A DNA stretch of 64,000 nucleotides from contig NC_043009.1 of NCBI RefSeq assembly GCF_006345805.1, positions 18,662,001 through 18,726,000 on the forward strand, read 5' to 3'. The notes under the pieces were generated by a model. The model saw only the letters and a program-made list of their open reading frames with translations. It had not been told where the DNA came from and ran no database searches. The stretch comes from Octopus sinensis (Eukaryota). A program made the position numbers and the translations under genes. Shown piece after piece: positions 60,531 to 64,000 of the stretch. The number at the start of each line of letters is the position of its first letter. Within the stretch, counting starts at the first letter, position 1.

Positions 60531-62129
60531 GTATTCTATAAGTAAACAAGCTATGTTGGTTGCGTGGGAAGTAGGGACTGAGTGCAAACAAAGTATTCTA
60601 AGGGAAGAATTTATTTTGACTGAGAACATATGAGAATTCTATGAGTAAGCAATTCATGTTATATGAGTTGTACAAAATGTATCTAATGAATATATAACAT
60701 TGAGTAAATACTGACTATATAAATTATACTGAGTGCTAACTAAATTCAGTATTGTATGTGCTCTACCCTCTGATTTCTAACAAGATTTTTTTTATTATTA
60801 CAATGGTTATGTTGATAGAGAATGAGTTAGTATTCTATGTGTACATCAGTTATTCTAAATGAGCTCTGAAGGAAATATTCTACGAACTTATATCTTATGT
60901 TATCTGAGTATTAATTAGTGTTGCCTAAGCACTGAAGGAAGTAATCTATAATTACAAAGGCTATGTAGAGTGAGAGTAATTTATGTATACTGTGAATAAA
61001 TAATATTGAAAGAGTCCCAAGGCATACATTCAAAATAAGTTATATTAATCAAATCTAAATTCATTATTCTATTAGTGAGTGTAGAACAAAAGCCCCTCGG
61101 ACAAAAACCCCTTAGTTAAAGTGTGAAAGTGGACAAAAGCCCCACAGTTATATTTTTCGATTATTCTTTTATTCTTTTCACCTTTTACTTGTTAGTCATT
61201 AGACTGAGGCCATGCTGGGGCACCACCTTAAAGAAGTTTTAGTTGAATGTATCAACACCAGAATTTTTATTTTCTAAAACTTTTTTTTATTTTTTCAGTC
61301 ATTTTACTGTAGCTATGCTGGGACACCAGCTTGAAGAATTTTAGGTCACAGAAAAAACAGCATTTTAAAATATATATTTAAAGTCTTTTGTTTTCTTCTC
61401 TCAGCACTTACAGATTAATGAGAATAAGTTGACCATTTGAACTTTCTCCAGCAGTTGAAGGCCTAACAGAATCATGATGCCAAAGGCTAGTCATTCAATT
61501 GTGCTTCTTATCGTTTTTATGTTTCTACATATTTCTTGAAGTAAATGCTTTCCATTTTGTTAGAATTCAAACAATATATATGTTGAGTAGTAAAGAGTTT
61601 TTTTGTTGTTATTCTATTACTGATGTTTAGGTTGATTTATTTTCATTTTCAAACTTTAAAATTATTCTTAAAAAATGAGGAAAATAATGAAACATGGAAC
61701 ATACCATTGTGAGGGACATAGATGTTTTGACACAATTTTCCAATTGAATATATTGTTCACTTAAAAATTGGGATTTTGGAAAAAAATTTTTTTTTACAAC
61801 CACGATTTCCATTTTTGTTTATGTGAAATTATAAAAAAAAGATTATGAATTAATGAGCACAATTTATATTGACTGAGTATTGAAGTAAGTAATCTATGGT
61901 AGTATAAGTTATTTTGACTCAGCATTTAAGTAAGTAGTCTATGGTTGCATCAATAATGTTGACAGAGCACAGTCATAAATGCACAATTAATTTAAGTTAG
62001 TTGAGCACTGAAACATCTAGGTGACCCAGCAGTGGAGTAGGATGCTCTGAAAGTATAGTTGCTTGAATAAAAATCGACTGGAGAAAGGTCAGAGAATAAA
62101 AGGCAGATTGTATGATAACTGTGTAAGAG

Positions 62130-63050
62130 CAGTAATTTTACATAGTTGTGAAACTTGGGCTGTGAATCCAGAAGACATGGGAACATTTGAAAGAAGTGAA
62201 TCAAATATGCTCTGATGGATGTTCAACGTCAGAGTATTTGTATGACAAAGCACAAGAAAAATTGGGTATATGAGGCATCAGATGTAGTGAAGATGGTGCT
62301 GGTATGGTAATGTGATGTAGATGGGTGAGAAGAGCTATATAAGGAAGTACCAATTGTTAAATGTGCAAAGGAACATGTGGAAGGGGTAGACCTTGAAAGA
62401 CATGGGATGAAATGGTGAAGACTGACCTCAAGATATTGAGTCTCTCAGAGGAGACGATAGGGGACTGAAACAAATGGTGTTATGCTTGGCTTGAGAAGAC
62501 CCGTCCATCTCAGCAGAATTGAGGCTCTGTCAAAGCTTCCCTCACAACTCATGTATTTTCTTCACTTCCTGCTATACTGGACTTATATCCTCTGCATCCA
62601 ACTCATTCTCTGTCTCTAATCATTTGTCACACTAGTTTCACTCAGTGCACTTCCCATTCTGCCTCATATTCGTGTTGTACCTGGACCTCACATCTCTTTC
62701 TTTCTCTCTCTCACTTTCCAGGTGGGCAAAGTCATGCATTCACCTCTTCAGCAAGACATCTGCTTCTCTCCCTCTATCATAGTTTCTTATTTCTCCAGTC
62801 TATACCCTGGTTTTATCTTCTAAGTACTTGGTGAGCTCCCCAATGCTGGTGCCACATAAAAGGCACCCAGTACACTCTGTCAAGTGATAGGGCATCCAGC
62901 TGTAGAAACCATGTTAAAGCAGGCACAGAACCTGGTAGAACCCTCTGGCTTGCCTGTTCTTGTCAAACTGTCCAAACTCATTGCCAGCATGGAAAAAGGG
63001 ACATTAAATGATGATGATGACAATGACGGTAATGATGATGATGATGCTCT
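62130..63050 (+). mobile_element. RTE LINE 3' fragment with (GAT)n tail
   Basis: Thumb remnant, 3'UTR ggtgccacataaaaggcacccagtac, then atgatgatg. Confidence 0.85.
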
Positions 63051-64000
63051 GTATGAAATGCCGAATGTTAATGTCAGTACATAAGGTTTGTTTTCAGAAC
63101 ACTGAAGATATACTATCAGCATATGTTATGTTATATAAATGGATATATGAAATCAAATACAATATATACTGAGTTTTTTTGTAAACATATACTGTGAACA
63201 AGCCACATTCTTCAGTGGCTGACAGTGAATAATCAACCTACATGTGATTTGTCTTTCTTGAGACTTGTCAAAGCTGCTCACTACTTCTCCTTATTACTGA
63301 AGTTTTATGGAGTGAATTTTAAGAAAAAATGTAAAGAAACGCAATGAACAGGATTGATAAATCACTAGACATTGCAATAAGTATATCGTTATTCTATGGG
63401 CAGAGAAGTTATGTTGAATGAACAGTAAAACAAGTTTGTCCTTATCTTGAGTACTGGAATTTTGTTGAGAGAGCAATAAAAATCATGCATTAAATGTGGC
63501 TTCAATGAAAAGTTCTCTGATTGCCAGGGTCCTACTCATTTGATAAATAGCAACACAGTAATAAAACCAGTCAACTTAATCAATACACAGGAACTATGAG
63601 TGCATACAACTGCTTTGCTGTTCTGAGAGAATCAAATGCTCTACCTGTCTCACTTGAACACAAAAGTAAAGTTGACTAAGCATCTAGTTAATACCTTGGA
63701 TCGTGGGTGGAAACACTTGGTTAGTATGAAACACTTGATTAGAAACAGCTGTAAGACTATCTTTCTCTTTATAAACGTCCTCATACACACATGAATATAT
63801 ATATATATTCATATATGTGTGTGTGTATGCATGTGTGTGTGTGTGTCCATGTCCATATGTTTATATAATTGTGTGTACGAAAATATACTTGTAAATATAA
63901 ATATATATATACATATATGTGTGTGTTTGTATGGATAGCTATTACATTCTGTCTGTCTTTCTGCTGTGTCTCGATTAATTCTCTTGGTTCTATATCGAAG

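Larger units (their letters stand above)
48650..63650. repeat. Degenerate ~45-bp satellite scaffold (consensus roughly AAGTAAGTATTCTATGAGTACATAAGTTATGTTGACTGAGTACTG)
   Basis: gac(t/a)(g/c)ag at about 61871, 61916 and 61961 (45-bp spacing); patches at 40530-40800, 48650-48900, 49290-49420, 54300-55450, 56900-57500, 60530-61060 and 63280-63640. Confidence 0.7.

Noticed and set aside
61075-61150. Short GGACAAAAGCCC repeats as a transposon end
   Set aside because: No partner terminus or TSD found in the window.

Overview
This is AT-rich animal genomic DNA, almost certainly a coleoid cephalopod of the Octopus type. That call rests on recognising its tRNA-derived SINEs, its RTE LINEs with (GAT)n tails and its TTAGGG motifs; no database check was possible. 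No prokaryotic genes, rRNA, intact tRNA or CRISPR are supported. The window looks like giant intron(s) of a minus-strand gene, of which one convincing exon is visible: a phase-1/1 Sushi/CCP-domain exon at 18695-18865. The rest is a nested patchwork of transposons: Ty3/Gypsy-like remnants, RTE, R4/Dong-like and Tx1-like LINEs, several Penelope-like elements (PLEs), a near-complete mariner, MITEs and SINEs. These sit in two degenerate AT-rich satellites (about 23-bp and 45-bp units) and many microsatellites. Four things stand out. (1) A 6.8-kb PLE (RT plus C-terminal GIY-YIG) is bounded by ~530-bp inverted pseudo-LTRs, each carrying a hammerhead ribozyme, and its long 3' region is an 866-bp higher-order tandem repeat with a codon-like substitution pattern and shared in-frame TAA/TAG. 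(2) A tRNA-headed SINE has a tail containing a minimal hammerhead ribozyme and shows PLE-like inverted insertions. (3) Several further hammerhead families are present. (4) Fold-back hairpins recur at retroelement junctions. All identities and alignments were made by eye.
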